A DNA stretch of 64,000 bases, from the NCBI GenBank assembly GCA_002269645.1, contig NIVC01000390.1:62001-126000 (forward strand), given 5' to 3'. The notes beneath the pieces are model-generated. The model had not been told where the DNA came from, made no database searches, and saw nothing but the letters and a program-made list of their open reading frames with translations. Below, one piece after another: positions 62,035 to 64,000 of the stretch (the first letter of the stretch is position 1; every line of letters starts with the position of its first letter). This stretch comes from Macrostomum lignano. Its lineage: Eukaryota. The position numbers and the translations under genes were made by a program.

Positions 62035-63548
62035 GAGATGAGACGAGATGAAATGAGACGAGAGACGTTAAGACAAGACGAGACAATATGAGACGAGATG
62101 AGATGAGATGAGATGAGATGAGATGAGATGATATGAAATGAGACGAGATGAGATGAGATAAGATGAAATGAGACTAGTCGAGACGAGATGAGATGAGATG
62201 AAATGAGACTAGTCGAGACGAGATGAGATGAGATGAAATGAGACTAGTCGAGACGAGATGAGATGAGATGAAACGAGACTATTCGAGACGAGATGAGATG
62301 AGATGAAATGAGACTAGTCGAGACGAGATGAGATGAGATGAAATGAGACTAGTCGAGACGAGATGAGATGAGATGAAATGAGACTATTCGAGACAAGATG
62401 AGATGAGATGAAATGAGACTAGTCGAGACGAGATGAGATGAGATAAGATGAGATGAAATGAGACTATTCGAGACGAGATGAGATGAGATGAAATGAGACT
62501 AGTCGAGACGAGATGAGATGAGATAAGATGAGATGAAATGAGACTAGTCGAGACGAGATGAGATGAGATAAGATGAGATGAAATGAGAGTAGTCGAGATG
62601 AGATGAGACGAGATGAGATGAGATGAAATGAGACTATTCGAGACGAGATGAGATGAGATGAAATGAGACTAGTCGAGACGAGATGAGATGAGATGAAATG
62701 AGACTATTCGAGACGAGATGAGATGAGATGAAATGAGACTAGTCGAGACGAGATGAGATGAGATAAGATGAGATGAAATGAGACTAGTCGAGACGAGATG
62801 AGATGAGATAAGATGAGATGAAATGAGAGTAGTCGAGATGAGATGAGATGAGATAAGATGAGATGAAATGAGACTATTCGAGACGAGATGAGATGAGATG
62901 AAATGAGACTAGTCGAGACGAGATGAGATGAGATAAGATGAGATGAAATGAGACTAGTCGAGACGAGATGAGATGAGATAAGATGAGATGAAATGAGAGT
63001 AGTCGAGATGAGATGAGACGAGATGAGATGAGATGAAATGAGACTATTCAAGACGAGATGAGATGAGATGAAATGAGACTAGTCGAGACGAGATGAGATG
63101 AGATAAGATGAGATGAAATGAGAGTAGCCGAGACGAGATGAGATGAGACAAGATGAGATGAAATGAGAGTAGCCGAGACGAGATGAGATGAGATAAGATG
63201 AGATGAAATGAGAGTAGTCGAGATGAGATGAGACGAGATGAGATGAGATGAAATGAGACTAGTCGAGACGAGATGAGATGAGACAAGATGAGATGAAATG
63301 AGAGTAGCCGAGACGAGATGAGATGAGACAAGATGAGATGAAATGAGAGTAGCCGAGACGAGATGAGATGAGATAAGATGAGATGAAATGAGAGTAGTCG
63401 AGATGAGATGAGACGAGATGAGATGAGATGAAATGAGACTAGTCGAGACGAGATGAGATGAGACAAGATGAGATGAAATGAGAGTAGCCGAGACGAGATG
63501 AGATGAGACAAGATGAGATGAAATGAGAGTAGCCGAGACGAGATGAGA
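62035..63548. repeat. (GAGAT)n-derived satellite with 35-45-bp higher-order units
   Basis: Direct inspection. Confidence 0.95.
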
Positions 63549-64000
63549 GGAGAGACGAGGCTACAGAGTACGCATTTATGGGTCTGTCATTTCCCATCCT
63601 CATGCGCCCTTCTGAGTGCATATGCGACCTTTGTGAGCTGCTGAATCGAATCAGAGGGGCACTCTGGCGATTCAAGGGTAATGGTAGTTTTGAAATACAC
63701 AGGCTATCGATTATCCGCGGCTGTTGCTGGCACAGTAGAGGTTACGCAATAGATTGCGTGAATATATGCGATGAAACTTGGGTTTGTGCACGCATAAACA
63801 CCATAACTCACTCAGCTTTAGCACAGTAAGGAAATTGCCAATCAAGCCGGCAGGAGAGGGACCCGCTAGTTGTTAAGCCAATTTCGCACCAATATAAAAT
63901 TCAATTTACGATCGCCACCAAATGGAGTCCCGGCTCTCCTCTTGTCTACTATCTACTGTAGCACACTAAAACGCGTGAATTCAATCTTTAAATCTTATAA

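Overview
Eukaryotic (metazoan) genomic DNA with GC-rich spliced exons and about 30 unrelated minisatellite arrays, mostly intronic or intergenic. The style suggests a free-living flatworm such as Macrostomum (inference only). Genes reconstructed by hand from GT-AG sites and phase matching: (1) the 3' end of an unknown Pro/Gln/Arg-rich gene (+, 1295-3294); (2) a muscarinic-like aminergic GPCR (-, 13045-6421); (3) an NmrA/NMRAL1-like atypical SDR (+, 15564-21505); (4) a 4-exon, 371-aa opsin (+, 24582-38411) that keeps the retinal-binding Lys296 but lacks acidic residues at 113 and 181 and has degenerate D2.50/DRY/NPxxY motifs; (5) a prostanoid-receptor-like GPCR (-, 51043-40741) with a 1-nt frameshift; (6) an orphan Cys-rich type I membrane protein (+, 56218-57168); (7) a probable formin C-terminal DAD exon (-, 60386-60135). 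The large intron of gene 5 holds a young Mag-like Ty3/gypsy LTR element lacking RT/RNase H, plus a solo LTR at a duplicated copy of the same insertion site. A composite microsatellite/minisatellite unit with a 14-bp target-site duplication sits in opsin intron 2. Most long ORFs in the supplied track are artefacts of tandem repeats, and several real exons are missing from it.
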